Notes under the pieces: model-generated | What the model saw: the letters and a program-made list of their open reading frames with translations, nothing else | Database searches by the model: none | Told to the model about the DNA's origin: nothing | Made by a program: the position numbers and the translations under genes | Assembly: GCA_964564545.1 (NCBI GenBank) | Contig: CAZMBP010000028.1 | Span: 62,046 to 126,045 of the forward strand | Direction of reading: 5' to 3' | DNA: 64,000 nucleotides | Origin: an uncultured Saprospiraceae bacterium | GTDB lineage: Bacteria; Bacteroidota; Bacteroidia; Chitinophagales; Saprospiraceae | Shown here: in pieces, positions 54,353 through 64,000 of the stretch | Numbering within the stretch: the stretch's first letter is position 1 | Layout of the letters: the number at the start of each line of letters is the position of its first letter

Positions 54353-57300
54353 TTGCAGGTGAAAAAAACATTCCTTTTTCTACTTTTTATTCTTTCCAAT
54401 TTATCATTTTCGCAAATACTCCGCGGGCAACAATTTAATTTTCAAAATTATTCTGTCAGCGAAGGTTTAGCCCAATCACAAGTTTATGCGATGATCGAAG
54501 ATCGCTATGGATACATTTGGTTAGGCACACAAGGTGGAGGAGTTTGTCGATTTGATGGAAAAAAATTCACCCAATATTCTACTCGCCATGGGTTAGTTAA
54601 TAATTATGTGGAATCATTATTTGAAGATAAAGATGGAAACATCTGGATCGGTACTCAAAAAGGATTTAGCAAATTTGATGGCCAAGCATTTCAAAATTTC
54701 CATTTACCTAAAAGTGATTTTATCACCGCCATTTCACAAGATCCATTAGGTAAAATTTGGATTGGAACTTCCAAGGGAACTTATCAATTCGATGGTAAAA
54801 ATTTTACGGATTATCACCTTAACTCCTCACGAGTCAATTGTTTTTTTTATGATAACAAAGACAACCTTTGGATAGGAACAGATGAAAGTGGTGCCTATCA
54901 AATTCGAGATGAAAAAGTATTAAAAAACTTCAAGTTAGCTGATGGACTTTCAGCCAACAACATCAAAAGTATTTATCAAGACGACGAAAACAATATTTAT
55001 TTCGGCATTTTCAATGGAGGAATAAATGTATTCAATGGAAGTTATTTTTCCTATTTCCGAACAGATGAAGGATTGGCTAGCAATCTAGTCACGAACATGT
55101 TTGCTGATGATGAAGGACAGATTTGGATTAGTTCACAAAACAAAGGAGTGACGATTTGGAATCCAAAAGAAAATACTTTTTCCTACCTCGATGAGTCAGA
55201 TGGATTGGCTAATGATCATGTTCGAAATATTCTAAAAGACCATTGGGGCAATTATTGGATAGGTACTTCAGGTGGTGGCGTAAGTAAATATTCAGGGCAG
55301 CAATTTATACATTATAATACTTCAAATGGTCTGCAAGGAAACCAAGTTTATGCACTAGCAAAAGATACTGCAGGTCATTTTTGGTTGGGAGCTTCAACCA
55401 AAGGTATTTCTTATTTCGATGGGAAAAAATTCACTCACTATGGCGCTGACGAGGGGTTTGCAGATGTCAAATGCAAATCTATTTTTGTAGATGATGCTTC
55501 GCGAGTTTGGATTGGAACGGAAGGAATGGGATTGGCACTTTTCACTCAAGGTACTTTTCAATTCTTCAAGCATGATGATGGCTTGAGTGGTAATTTCATC
55601 AGAGATATCATTCAAGATAAACAAGGAAGAATTTGGATAGCAACAGCAGGTGACGGTATTACTCAAATTGAAGTTTCGAGAGAAGAATTCACTCTATCTC
55701 CTCCTTTGAATGGAAGCGTCGATAGCAGTTTTCAAGAAGCACAAGTTCGCTATCGCGATAATCTGAAATTTAGAATTTACCGAAAAGGGAAACTAGGTTT
55801 AGGAAGTAGAAAAATTACAGATTTACACCTTGATAAAAAAGGTCGAGTTTGGTTTGCCACTAGAGATAATGGAATTGGTTTTTTTAAAGATGATGAATCG
55901 ATTTTCACCATTTCAACTAAAGATGGATTGCTTGATAATCACGTTCGATCTTTGACAGAAGATGCTGATGGCAACTTATGGATTGGAATGGCGAGCAAAG
56001 GAATTTGCAAACTAAAATTATATCGCAATTCCTTTATTATTGAAAATATAAATACTTTCTCTTACATCGAAGATCGAGAAAAAGGTAAGACCTTAACTTC
56101 AAATAATGTCTATCTTTTACAACTTGATAAAAATCAAAACTTATGGGTAGGATCAGAGGTTGGTTTAGATAAACTTTCTTTTGACAAAACTGGAAACATC
56201 AATAAAATCAAGCATTACGGCAAGTCAGAAGGTTTTGTAGGAATCGAAACTTGTCAAAATTCGTCTCTTCGAGATAGCATGGAAAACCTTTGGTTTGGCA
56301 CTATGAATGGATTGACAAAATACAATCCGAACAGCGCAACCAACAATCCAATTCCACCAATAGTCAATATCTCTGCAGTTAATTTGAATTATGAACCTTT
56401 GTCCCAAACTGAGTTTAAAAAATGGGCTAATCCACGTGGCGGAATTCTTCCTGGGTTGGAATTACCTTACGATCAAAATGATTTAGAATTTGAGTTTCAA
56501 GGTATTAATCTATCCAATCCTGAGAAAGTTTTATATCAATGGAAACTAGAAGGCGCAAGCGATGAGTGGACACCTTTGAGGTCTAAAAATACTGCTGATT
56601 TTAATAACCTTCCACCGAACGATTATACTTTCTTTTTGCGAGCATTTAATGAAGATGGTGTGGCGAATGAAACGCCTTATAAAATGAGTTTTACCATCCT
56701 TCCACCCTTTTGGCAGACGTGGTGGTTTAGACTTGTAAGTATATTGTTAGGAGTTTTTTTAATTGGCTATTTTATTAGAGTTCGCATCAATCAAATTCGT
56801 CGAAAAGCTGCTCGAGAAAAAGAAAGATTAGAGATGGAAAAAAACTTATTGAGTCTGGAACAAAAGGCATTGCAATTGCAAATGAATCCGCATTTTATTT
56901 TCAATACATTGAACTCCATTCAAAGTTTGATTTCTCAAAAAGATGAAAAAACAGCCCGCTACCAACTCGCTAAATTTTCTAAATTGATGCGTTCAATTTT
57001 GGAAAATTCTAGGTCGCAACTTATCACACTTGAAGATGAAATTCAGACTTTGCAAAACTACCTGGCTATCGAAAAATCAAGCCGTGGAAACACCTTCGAT
57101 TTTGAAGTAACTACCTTGCTCGAAATGGATACGGAAGAGTTAATGATTCCCCCGATGATGCTTCAACCTTTTGTGGAAAATGCGATTATTCATGGTATAG
57201 CACATTTGAAGGAAAAAGGGAAAATCGATATTCATTTTTTACAAAAAAATAAATTACTCGAATGTTCCATCAAAGATAATGGCATAGGAAGAGCAGCAGC

Positions 57301-57487
57301 CAAAAAGATCAAAAGTCAAATCGAACATCAACATAAATCAGCTGCATTGGAAGTGACGCAAGAGCGATTAGATATTTTAAACAAAGATTTAATAGGTTTA
57401 AAAAGTTTGGAAATTATTGATTTGATAAATGAAAGTGGTGATCCTTCAGGAACTAAAGTGGTGGTGCGATTACCTGTGGAAGAATAA
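54353..57487 (+). CDS. Sensor kinase: periplasmic two-component-regulator propeller repeats + Y_Y_Y-like domain + TM + LytS/YehU-type His_kinase + HATPase
   Basis: It has many repeats of the type G..WIGT..GL..FDG. The TM segment is WWFRLVSILLGVFLIGYFI. LQMNPHFIFNTLNSI is the LytS-type H-box. The start is TTG or GTG. Confidence 0.85.
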   Translation: MQVKKTFLFLLFILSNLSFSQILRGQQFNFQNYSVSEGLAQSQVYAMIEDRYGYIWLGTQGGGVCRFDGKKFTQYSTRHGLVNNYVESLFEDKDGNIWIGTQKGFSKFDGQAFQNFHLPKSDFITAISQDPLGKIWIGTSKGTYQFDGKNFTDYHLNSSRVNCFFYDNKDNLWIGTDESGAYQIRDEKVLKNFKLADGLSANNIKSIYQDDENNIYFGIFNGGINVFNGSYFSYFRTDEGLASNLVTNMFADDEGQIWISSQNKGVTIWNPKENTFSYLDESDGLANDHVRNILKDHWGNYWIGTSGGGVSKYSGQQFIHYNTSNGLQGNQVYALAKDTAGHFWLGASTKGISYFDGKKFTHYGADEGFADVKCKSIFVDDASRVWIGTEGMGLALFTQGTFQFFKHDDGLSGNFIRDIIQDKQGRIWIATAGDGITQIEVSREEFTLSPPLNGSVDSSFQEAQVRYRDNLKFRIYRKGKLGLGSRKITDLHLDKKGRVWFATRDNGIGFFKDDESIFTISTKDGLLDNHVRSLTEDADGNLWIGMASKGICKLKLYRNSFIIENINTFSYIEDREKGKTLTSNNVYLLQLDKNQNLWVGSEVGLDKLSFDKTGNINKIKHYGKSEGFVGIETCQNSSLRDSMENLWFGTMNGLTKYNPNSATNNPIPPIVNISAVNLNYEPLSQTEFKKWANPRGGILPGLELPYDQNDLEFEFQGINLSNPEKVLYQWKLEGASDEWTPLRSKNTADFNNLPPNDYTFFLRAFNEDGVANETPYKMSFTILPPFWQTWWFRLVSILLGVFLIGYFIRVRINQIRRKAAREKERLEMEKNLLSLEQKALQLQMNPHFIFNTLNSIQSLISQKDEKTARYQLAKFSKLMRSILENSRSQLITLEDEIQTLQNYLAIEKSSRGNTFDFEVTTLLEMDTEELMIPPMMLQPFVENAIIHGIAHLKEKGKIDIHFLQKNKLLECSIKDNGIGRAAAKKIKSQIEHQHKSAALEVTQERLDILNKDLIGLKSLEIIDLINESGDPSGTKVVVRLPVEE

Positions 57488-57515
57488 TTTTCAAAAAAAT
57501 TTAGGAAGCTATTTT

Positions 57516-58472
57516 ATGAAAAAACTAAACTACATTTTATTCTTTCTTTCCTTGTTTTTCATTTTGCCAAATACATCTTTTGGGCAAAGGATTAAAAAAT
57601 TAAAAAATCTCCCGTCTAGGAAAAAGCATGATATTTACCTTCAACTAAAAAATGTTGATTCGATAGAACAAACTTTAGTTTACATAATTAACCGATCCGG
57701 AAAAGATCAAATGTTTTATGGCACTAACGGAAGATTTCATATTTATCCCGAAGCAAAAAACCAGTCTGGTGAATGGACAAATATCGATCATAGGATTATA
57801 GATTGTAGGACTGGAATAGATTATACAATCCTTCCTAATGATCATTTTTCATGGCAAAGAAAAGATCTTCCAATAGGAGATTTTAAAACTCAAGTTCGAT
57901 ATACAGTCGTTCTAAATGATACAACTATATACTCCAAACCTTTCCAAGCGAATGTTCCAAGTTATAGTTTTGGGACTCAGAAAGAATATTTGATTGGGCA
58001 ATATGATGCAAAATTGAAAGATGGAGATTTATCAGAGTCAGATAGGATATTTTACATGCTTAGAAAAGCATCTACTTATTCAAGTGTTTTCAAAGATTTT
58101 GACAATGCAATAAATACAACTAATGAGTGTATTCAACTTTATCCTAATTCTGAAAAAGCGCATTTTTTTTTAGGCAAACTATATCTTAGAAAATTTTCTA
58201 AATGTAGAAAAGAAAGTTCTGAGGAAGAATTACAAGTGACGCTTAGTGCCTGTTTTGAACAATTAAATATCGCCAATAAAATTGCTGGTTTTAAAAATGA
58301 CGAAATACAAAAAGAAATACAACATCAGAGTAAGCATTTCAAAAAAATACTCCCTCTAAAATCAACATGGAATAGTAATAATAAACTCGATTGTATCGAA
58401 GTCGATGGAAAAATAAAATGCTTTGAAAAATGTCTAATCAATGATTATGTGGAAATAAAATTCAAAAACTAA
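57516..58472 (+). CDS. Secreted hypothetical protein
   Basis: The signal peptide MKKLNYILFFLSLFFILPNTSFG begins at ATG 57516. The track ORF begins at 57429, overlapping the kinase gene. Confidence 0.6.
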   Translation: MKKLNYILFFLSLFFILPNTSFGQRIKKLKNLPSRKKHDIYLQLKNVDSIEQTLVYIINRSGKDQMFYGTNGRFHIYPEAKNQSGEWTNIDHRIIDCRTGIDYTILPNDHFSWQRKDLPIGDFKTQVRYTVVLNDTTIYSKPFQANVPSYSFGTQKEYLIGQYDAKLKDGDLSESDRIFYMLRKASTYSSVFKDFDNAINTTNECIQLYPNSEKAHFFLGKLYLRKFSKCRKESSEEELQVTLSACFEQLNIANKIAGFKNDEIQKEIQHQSKHFKKILPLKSTWNSNNKLDCIEVDGKIKCFEKCLINDYVEIKFKN

Positions 58473-58732
58473 AAAAACCGCCACGCCAAAAACAATCCAA
58501 CATAAACCACTAAATAAAATCGATAGAAATTCCTCATCTTTAAATACTCCTCATTCTCAGGAAACACATTTCCTAATAATCCTTTCATTTCTTTAATAAA
58601 AATAGGTTTGATGTTGATTTTCCAATCATCCGTTTCATATACTATTTTTCGAAATTGACTTCGATAATATCCCATCGGAAAACTCCAAATGAAAAAAAGG
58701 AGGAACCATATATTTTCTTTAATCCAATTCAT
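58469..58732 (-). CDS. Small membrane protein, hypothetical (87 aa)
   Basis: It has two hydrophobic segments. Its 3' end overlaps the convergent gene by 4 nt. Confidence 0.4.
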   Translation of the reverse strand: MNWIKENIWFLLFFIWSFPMGYYRSQFRKIVYETDDWKINIKPIFIKEMKGLLGNVFPENEEYLKMRNFYRFYLVVYVGLFLAWRFF

Positions 58733-58860
58733 GGAGAAGTAACAAAGAAAATTTTACTATGTTTTAAAGTAATGGGTTTAGCGAAGATTAATTACTTTTA
58801 GCAAACGATAAATTATATACTTATATACTTTTTTGATATTTTGTAAATAAAAAAAAATCT

Positions 58861-59604
58861 ATGAAATTGACTGCTGCGATTGTAGATGATGTAGCCCAAG
58901 CAAGAGCCACGCTCAAAGAAGATTTAGCCGCTTATTGTCCTGATATCGAAATTATCGGCGAAGCTGATGGAGTTGTTTCTGGTTCTAAACTTTTAAATAA
59001 AATAAAACCCGATGTGGTTTTTTTAGATATACAATTACAGGACGGAACTGGTTTTGACATTTTGGAAATCCTTGGAGACATTTCCTTTCAAGTAATTTTC
59101 ACAACTGCTTCTGATGAGTTTGCTATTAAGGCATTTAAATTTTCCGCAGTTGATTATTTACTCAAACCTGTCGATCCTGATGAGTTAATTTTAGCTGTAC
59201 AAAAAGTTTCGAAAGTCAATAATTCAACTCAAGAGAATTATGATTTATTATTAAACACCGTCAAAGAACAAAGCGCTCCCAAACGAATGGCTTTGCATAC
59301 TTTAGAAAAAATCCATGTGACGGAAATTGCAGATATTGTACGATGTGAGTCGAATGGAAATTATACTACTTTTTACTTTAAAGATGGACACAAGTTATTG
59401 GTCACCAAAACTTTAAAAGAATATGACCAAATGTTGAGCGAATATCAATTCGCCAGAGTTCATCAATCACACCTAATCAATGCCCAACAAATCAAAGAAT
59501 TTGTCAAAGTCGATGGTGGATATTTAGTGATGCGAGATGGTTCTAAAATTCCTGTTTCGCTTCGCAAAAAATCTGTCGTGATGAAATTATTGGAAGACCT
59601 ATAG
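58861..59604 (+). CDS. LytR/AlgR (LytTR) family response regulator
   Basis: The receiver has VVFLDIQLQDG (phospho-Asp) and KP. The C-terminal LytTR region contains F.RVHQSHLIN. Confidence 0.9.
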   Translation: MKLTAAIVDDVAQARATLKEDLAAYCPDIEIIGEADGVVSGSKLLNKIKPDVVFLDIQLQDGTGFDILEILGDISFQVIFTTASDEFAIKAFKFSAVDYLLKPVDPDELILAVQKVSKVNNSTQENYDLLLNTVKEQSAPKRMALHTLEKIHVTEIADIVRCESNGNYTTFYFKDGHKLLVTKTLKEYDQMLSEYQFARVHQSHLINAQQIKEFVKVDGGYLVMRDGSKIPVSLRKKSVVMKLLEDL

Positions 59605-59623
59605 TTTTTTAATAATTGTGTTC

Positions 59624-59675
59624 TTAGGTATCAAATCTCTGGAAGGGATCCGATACCTGACGTAATTTTTTTTTC
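59624..59675 (+). terminator. Stem-loop followed by a T-run after the response regulator gene
   Basis: aggtatc ... gatacct stem, followed by gacgtaattttttttt. Confidence 0.5.
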
Positions 59676-59755
59676 CTTAAGTTGACGACATTAGACTCGA
59701 AGTCACCTTTTAAGTAGAGAACATTTTCCAAAAAAAAACTACAACTAGTTAATTT

Positions 59756-62101
59756 ATGAAGAGTTTTCTTTTACAATTTATTGCCTTTCTTTTTTTGCCA
59801 ACATTAATTGCTGGTCAAGTAGATTCTGTGGTTTTGGCAGCTGATAAATTATCCCTTCAAGACATTCGTCCTGCAGAAATAAAAGAAACTAATCAGCAAG
59901 TATATGCCGCCACTCGATCTATGAAAGAACTCAAGAAATTGCCATTTTCAATTCATGTTATTACTAAAGAAGAAATTCGAGACAATGGTTACCGGACTTT
60001 AGTTGATGCTTTAAAAATGGCGCCAGGCATCAAAGTTTCACAACCAGGAAACGCACTAGAAGGAGAAACTTTTTTGATGCGAGGGCTAATGGGAAATACC
60101 TATGCTAAAATTTTACTTAATGGAAATCCAATCAAACCAGTTGTTGTTCGAGGAATGCCAATTGGAGCACAAATTCCAATTCAGCAAGCTGAACGAATCG
60201 AAATAATTTATGGCGCAACAGGAACCTTATATGGTGTTGACGCTTCAGCAGGAGTGATAAATATCGTTTTGGAAGAAACGAAAAGGCCAGTTTACACTCA
60301 AGCTAATTTAAGTGCAGGAAACAATGAATACACTAATCTGGATGTGAGTTTTGGAGGACGACTAGGTAAGCAAGAAAAGACTTTGCGATATTCACTTTAT
60401 GGAAGTTACACTTTCAGAGGCGACCTCAAGACAAAATATCAGAACGATAGTTTATTCAATCCCCAACGTTATTTTAATGGTCGATTAGATTATACAGCAA
60501 TTCAAAACTACGTAACTATTAACGACGAACCCTTGCTCAATAATCTCCCACATCAAAGTCGATTAGTTGGAATTAATTTAGCTTATCGAGCTATGACTTT
60601 ATCTGCTGAAGCCATGTATCGAAGAGATCATAGTTCCATTGGGTTGAATCCTCTTGCAGTCTCTTATACCAATCCACTTAATTATATTGGCGAGCGAATC
60701 ATCAATACTAATTTCACCTTAAAGAAGGATTATAGTCGAATGGGATTTGACATTAGGGTGGGCTATTTACAATATCAAATGGACAGTCGGTCTTCAACTA
60801 ATTATGTTTATAATCATACAAGTGGATTACTGGATGAATTAACTTGGTTTGATTCTTTTGATCCTCAAACAAGTAACTTCGATTTGATGCGATATGATTC
60901 TTTGACAAACAGTCACTATGAAAGATATTTTACTGGAACTCGTTTTAGTTTTTCAGAGTCACATGATGCTCGAATTGACTTAATTTTTAATCTTTTTCCA
61001 AAAAGTAATATTGATTTTACCACAGGAATTTTATTTAAAGCGTATGCCAACGTTCCGCTCGTTAATTATTCAAGAGTTCCTTTGGAAAGCTCGTTTTTTT
61101 CATCAATAGAATTCCCTGACACTTCATCGTTAACTCCATTTTCTTCAGAAGAAGTCAATGGAATACAATTTAATGCTTTTGCTCAAGCCCTCTGGTCTAT
61201 TAAAAAATGGACTTTTGTAGGTGGCCTTAATTGGTTTCAAAATAGCGAAATTATAACTTATTCATTTTTAGGAAGTTTTTCAGATGAGGCAATTTCTTCA
61301 ACTGATTTCCGATTAGGGATTAATTATCAACCAAATCAAAATTGGAGTATTCGAGGAAATTATGGAACAGCCATTCAAGTGCATTCTCCCTATTATCGAG
61401 CTAACCATTTAGCAATTTCTTCTAAAAATAATAACCCCATTAGTTTAGCTGCTCTGTTTCTTAAACCAGAAAAAACTCAAAATGTAGAATTTGGTTTGCG
61501 ATGGACCCCTAGTAAAAAACTGTATTTTGACATTGGAGGTTTTTATTCCAAATATGAAAATCTTATTGGTCCATTCCAAAGTACTACAAGAGATTCATCA
61601 GGAGTTGCTCCCATTGAATACATTCAAGGATATACTAATTCGGATTCTTCTCAAATAAGTTTATACGGTATTCAATCCAGTTATTTATATAAATCTCAAT
61701 TAATAGATTTTATATTTAATCTCACTTTTTCATTTGGTGATGAAAACATCCTTAACTATTCTGACCAATCATCAATCAGTCAGTTACCTCGGATGATTAG
61801 AAAAACTCGAATTGTCATTCGACCTACTCGAAGAATCTCTTTTACATTTGATACTATCGTTAATAGTAAATCAAAAAATAAAGTTAAAAATGATGCTCGA
61901 GGAGATTTACCTAGATTTCGAACCATTGACGTTTTGGGAAATTATAATATCAATCGAAATTTTAGAGTTTTCTTCAAAATTAGAAATATCTTTAATAAAG
62001 AATATGCAGGTTTGAATGCTTACGATACGCTTGATGATTTGATTTATAATCCGCAAGAGTTGCGGAATTTTAGATTAGGGATGAGTTATCGGGTGGATTA
62101 A
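59756..62101 (+). CDS. TonB-dependent receptor
   Basis: It has a signal peptide. The plug region contains ITKEEIRDNGYRTLVDALKMAPGI and IEIIYGATGTLYG. The rest is a long beta-barrel-like C-terminal region. The length is 781 aa. Confidence 0.8.
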   Translation: MKSFLLQFIAFLFLPTLIAGQVDSVVLAADKLSLQDIRPAEIKETNQQVYAATRSMKELKKLPFSIHVITKEEIRDNGYRTLVDALKMAPGIKVSQPGNALEGETFLMRGLMGNTYAKILLNGNPIKPVVVRGMPIGAQIPIQQAERIEIIYGATGTLYGVDASAGVINIVLEETKRPVYTQANLSAGNNEYTNLDVSFGGRLGKQEKTLRYSLYGSYTFRGDLKTKYQNDSLFNPQRYFNGRLDYTAIQNYVTINDEPLLNNLPHQSRLVGINLAYRAMTLSAEAMYRRDHSSIGLNPLAVSYTNPLNYIGERIINTNFTLKKDYSRMGFDIRVGYLQYQMDSRSSTNYVYNHTSGLLDELTWFDSFDPQTSNFDLMRYDSLTNSHYERYFTGTRFSFSESHDARIDLIFNLFPKSNIDFTTGILFKAYANVPLVNYSRVPLESSFFSSIEFPDTSSLTPFSSEEVNGIQFNAFAQALWSIKKWTFVGGLNWFQNSEIITYSFLGSFSDEAISSTDFRLGINYQPNQNWSIRGNYGTAIQVHSPYYRANHLAISSKNNNPISLAALFLKPEKTQNVEFGLRWTPSKKLYFDIGGFYSKYENLIGPFQSTTRDSSGVAPIEYIQGYTNSDSSQISLYGIQSSYLYKSQLIDFIFNLTFSFGDENILNYSDQSSISQLPRMIRKTRIVIRPTRRISFTFDTIVNSKSKNKVKNDARGDLPRFRTIDVLGNYNINRNFRVFFKIRNIFNKEYAGLNAYDTLDDLIYNPQELRNFRLGMSYRVD

Positions 62102-62151
62102 TCGAGGGAATAATATTCTATTTTGTTTCTTAAAAAAACTGAAATTCATTT

Positions 62152-64000
62152 TTGAAAAAAATAATTTACATATTACCATTCCTTTTGTGTTGTTCTTTTT
62201 TTGGAAAAACACAAGACACTAATTCGATAGAAGTTATCGAAAGGTCTGATAGTAATATCGTAAAAACATATTTAGAAAATGCTAGTACTTCAACTGAGTC
62301 TCCAGTCATTTTGCAATCCCTGCTCAAGGCTCAAAATTATTTAGAAAAAGAAAATGACCCTTTAGCACTTTTTGATATTTATAATCAGATTGGAAAAATA
62401 TATCAATCCGAAGATTTGAACGACAGAGCCTTGCCATTTTTTCAGAAGGCGAATCGGCTTCCCTCCCCTCCTATTTCGAAATTGCAAAAAATAGAATTAA
62501 TGGATTTTATAGCAAAATCCTATTTTGCTGTGGGAAGAATTGATAGTGCTCTGATCGTTTATGATCAGCAATTAGCTTATTACGAAAATGAAAATAACTA
62601 CGAAGGCATTTTAAAAACACTTCAAGAAAAAGTCAACGTTTTTCTAAAAATCAAAAATTACAGAATGGCTTTGGATTTGAATCAGCAAATCAAAAGTCTT
62701 GTCCAAGATAAAGGAAATGATGAAGCGCACCTTGCGATTGTCAATAATAATATTGGATATAATTTTAATTTTTTAGATGAACATGATAAAGCAATTAAGT
62801 ATTTCTTACTTGCTTTAGATTCCTATGAGAATGGTGTAATGTCTTCTTCTAACAATACATCTACAAAACTAGATTTAGTAGTTCTATACACCAATATTGG
62901 CATCACTTACAATAATATAGATGATTCCCAAAATGCCATTAAGTTTTTGCAACAAGCCATAAAATCTAATAACCCAAAGTCTTCTAAGATTTCTAATGCT
63001 TATCTTCAACACTTGATTGCCAGTATTTATCTCAATCATGGCGATGTTTATAATGCATTGCAATTTAACGACTTGGCGATTCTTAATTCCAAGAAGAGAA
63101 AAGATTTACAAGTATTAAGCAATGCTTATAATACAGCTGCGGAAATTCAAAAACAGTTATACGATTATGAATTGGCTTTAGATTTTTACCAAAAACATTT
63201 TGCGATTCGCGACTCACTTGCGTTGGAAGATAGATTCCGAAAACAACAACTTTTACAAACACAATTGCTTTTAGAAAAATCCGAAAAAGAAATAAAACTA
63301 TTGTTGGTCAATGAGCAAATTAAAGATCAAGCAATTGCTAACTTAGAAGTAGAGAAAAAATATTTAGCATCAGAAGCAGAAAGAATTTCACTAGAAGCCG
63401 ACCAACAACAAAAAGAATTTTTGCTCCTTAAATCAGAGCAGGAAATCAAAGATGCTAATTTAAGAAACACCAGGCTTCAAGCTCAAAAAGCAGAGCAAGA
63501 ACTTGAAGTCTTTCAAATAAAGCTAATAGCAGAACAAAAAGATCGGGAAGCTACGGAAGCACAACAACAAAAAAGGTTTGCTGAAATGGAAGCTGCTAAT
63601 GCAGAAGTAGAAAAACAAAAAGCAAAACAAGAAGCCGAACTTTCAAAGAAAAATCAAAATATTGCTGAGCTTCAATTAGAGCAAGCTGAAACTTTCCGAC
63701 AGTTCATCTACGGACTAGGAACTTTATTAGCTTTAGTTTTTATCATGATCTTAAGTGCATGGTATTATGCTCGAATTGCGAATCGAAGACTTGAAGCAAA
63801 AAATAATGAAATAGAAGAAGAGCGTCGGAAATCCGAAAACTTATTGCTTAATATCTTACCCATCGAAACTGCCAATGAATTAAAATCGACAGGAATTGCA
63901 ACACCAAAAGAATATGCAAAAGTAACTGTTCTCTTTGCCGACTTTAGTAATTTCACAAAAATATCAGAACAACTTTCTGCCGAAGAATTGATTCGCGAAC
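62152..64000 (+). CDS. Partial CDS (runs off window): signal peptide + TPR repeats + coiled coil + TM helix + class III adenylate/guanylate cyclase domain start
   Basis: This ORF is absent from the supplied track because it has no stop in the window. I translated it by hand from TTG 62152 (MKKIIYILPFLLCCSFFG) to 64000 with no stop. The TM segment is TLLALVFIMILSAWYY. The sequence then reads ENLLLNILPIETANELK...AKVTVLFADFSNFTK, a cyclase signature. Confidence 0.75.
   Translation, partial: MKKIIYILPFLLCCSFFGKTQDTNSIEVIERSDSNIVKTYLENASTSTESPVILQSLLKAQNYLEKENDPLALFDIYNQIGKIYQSEDLNDRALPFFQKANRLPSPPISKLQKIELMDFIAKSYFAVGRIDSALIVYDQQLAYYENENNYEGILKTLQEKVNVFLKIKNYRMALDLNQQIKSLVQDKGNDEAHLAIVNNNIGYNFNFLDEHDKAIKYFLLALDSYENGVMSSSNNTSTKLDLVVLYTNIGITYNNIDDSQNAIKFLQQAIKSNNPKSSKISNAYLQHLIASIYLNHGDVYNALQFNDLAILNSKKRKDLQVLSNAYNTAAEIQKQLYDYELALDFYQKHFAIRDSLALEDRFRKQQLLQTQLLLEKSEKEIKLLLVNEQIKDQAIANLEVEKKYLASEAERISLEADQQQKEFLLLKSEQEIKDANLRNTRLQAQKAEQELEVFQIKLIAEQKDREATEAQQQKRFAEMEAANAEVEKQKAKQEAELSKKNQNIAELQLEQAETFRQFIYGLGTLLALVFIMILSAWYYARIANRRLEAKNNEIEEERRKSENLLLNILPIETANELKSTGIATPKEYAKVTVLFADFSNFTKISEQLSAEELIRE

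Noticed and set aside
63765-63956. 63-aa minus-strand ORF.
   Set aside because: It is antisense to the hand-translated TPR-cyclase CDS, which shows TM and cyclase signatures in exactly this interval.
1-64000. Search for tRNA, rRNA, tmRNA, transposase, integrase or phage genes and for recognisable defence systems.
   Set aside because: I saw no GGTTCGAATCC-type T-arm contexts outside coding sequence. I saw no rRNA-like conserved blocks, no DDE or tyrosine-recombinase motifs, and no nuclease/helicase/methylase clusters. None are reported.

Overview
This is an AT-rich chromosomal segment (roughly one-third GC by eye, not computed). It has hallmarks of a Bacteroidota genome (Flavobacteriia/Cytophagia-like). 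Four secreted proteins end in type-A T9SS C-terminal sorting domains. There is a TonB-dependent receptor, a propeller-LytS sensor with a LytTR regulator, lipoprotein signal peptides, several TTG starts, TAnnTTTG-type promoter motifs and many stem-loop plus T-run terminators. I saw no rRNA, tRNA, CRISPR array, transposase or integrase. Most genes are housekeeping: hisC-like, gpsA, psuG, smpB, gpmI, galE, cysQ, an LMW-PTP, an M1 peptidase and a beta-CASP RNase. The items most worth a second look are listed here. (1) A 1068-aa single-polypeptide GPAT-HAD-LPAAT fusion lies directly upstream of an actinobacterial-looking gpsA. (2) A WS/DGAT wax-ester/TAG synthase fused to an SCP2 domain sits divergent from a K/E-rich helical protein and a SARP/BTAD-type regulator, which may be a neutral-lipid storage module. 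(3) A 2897-aa T9SS cargo carries a tandemly duplicated clan GH-A-like module and 11 alternating pairs of two PKD subtypes. (4) A 364-aa GyrB N-terminal look-alike has its ATPase residues substituted. (5) An unannotated 53-aa ORF at the window edge has a double-glycine leader. (6) A histidine-kinase-like protein has Asn in place of the phospho-acceptor His. (7) Several unusually long or GC-rich palindromic intergenic elements are present. All family assignments come from reading motifs in the supplied translations. No searches were run.
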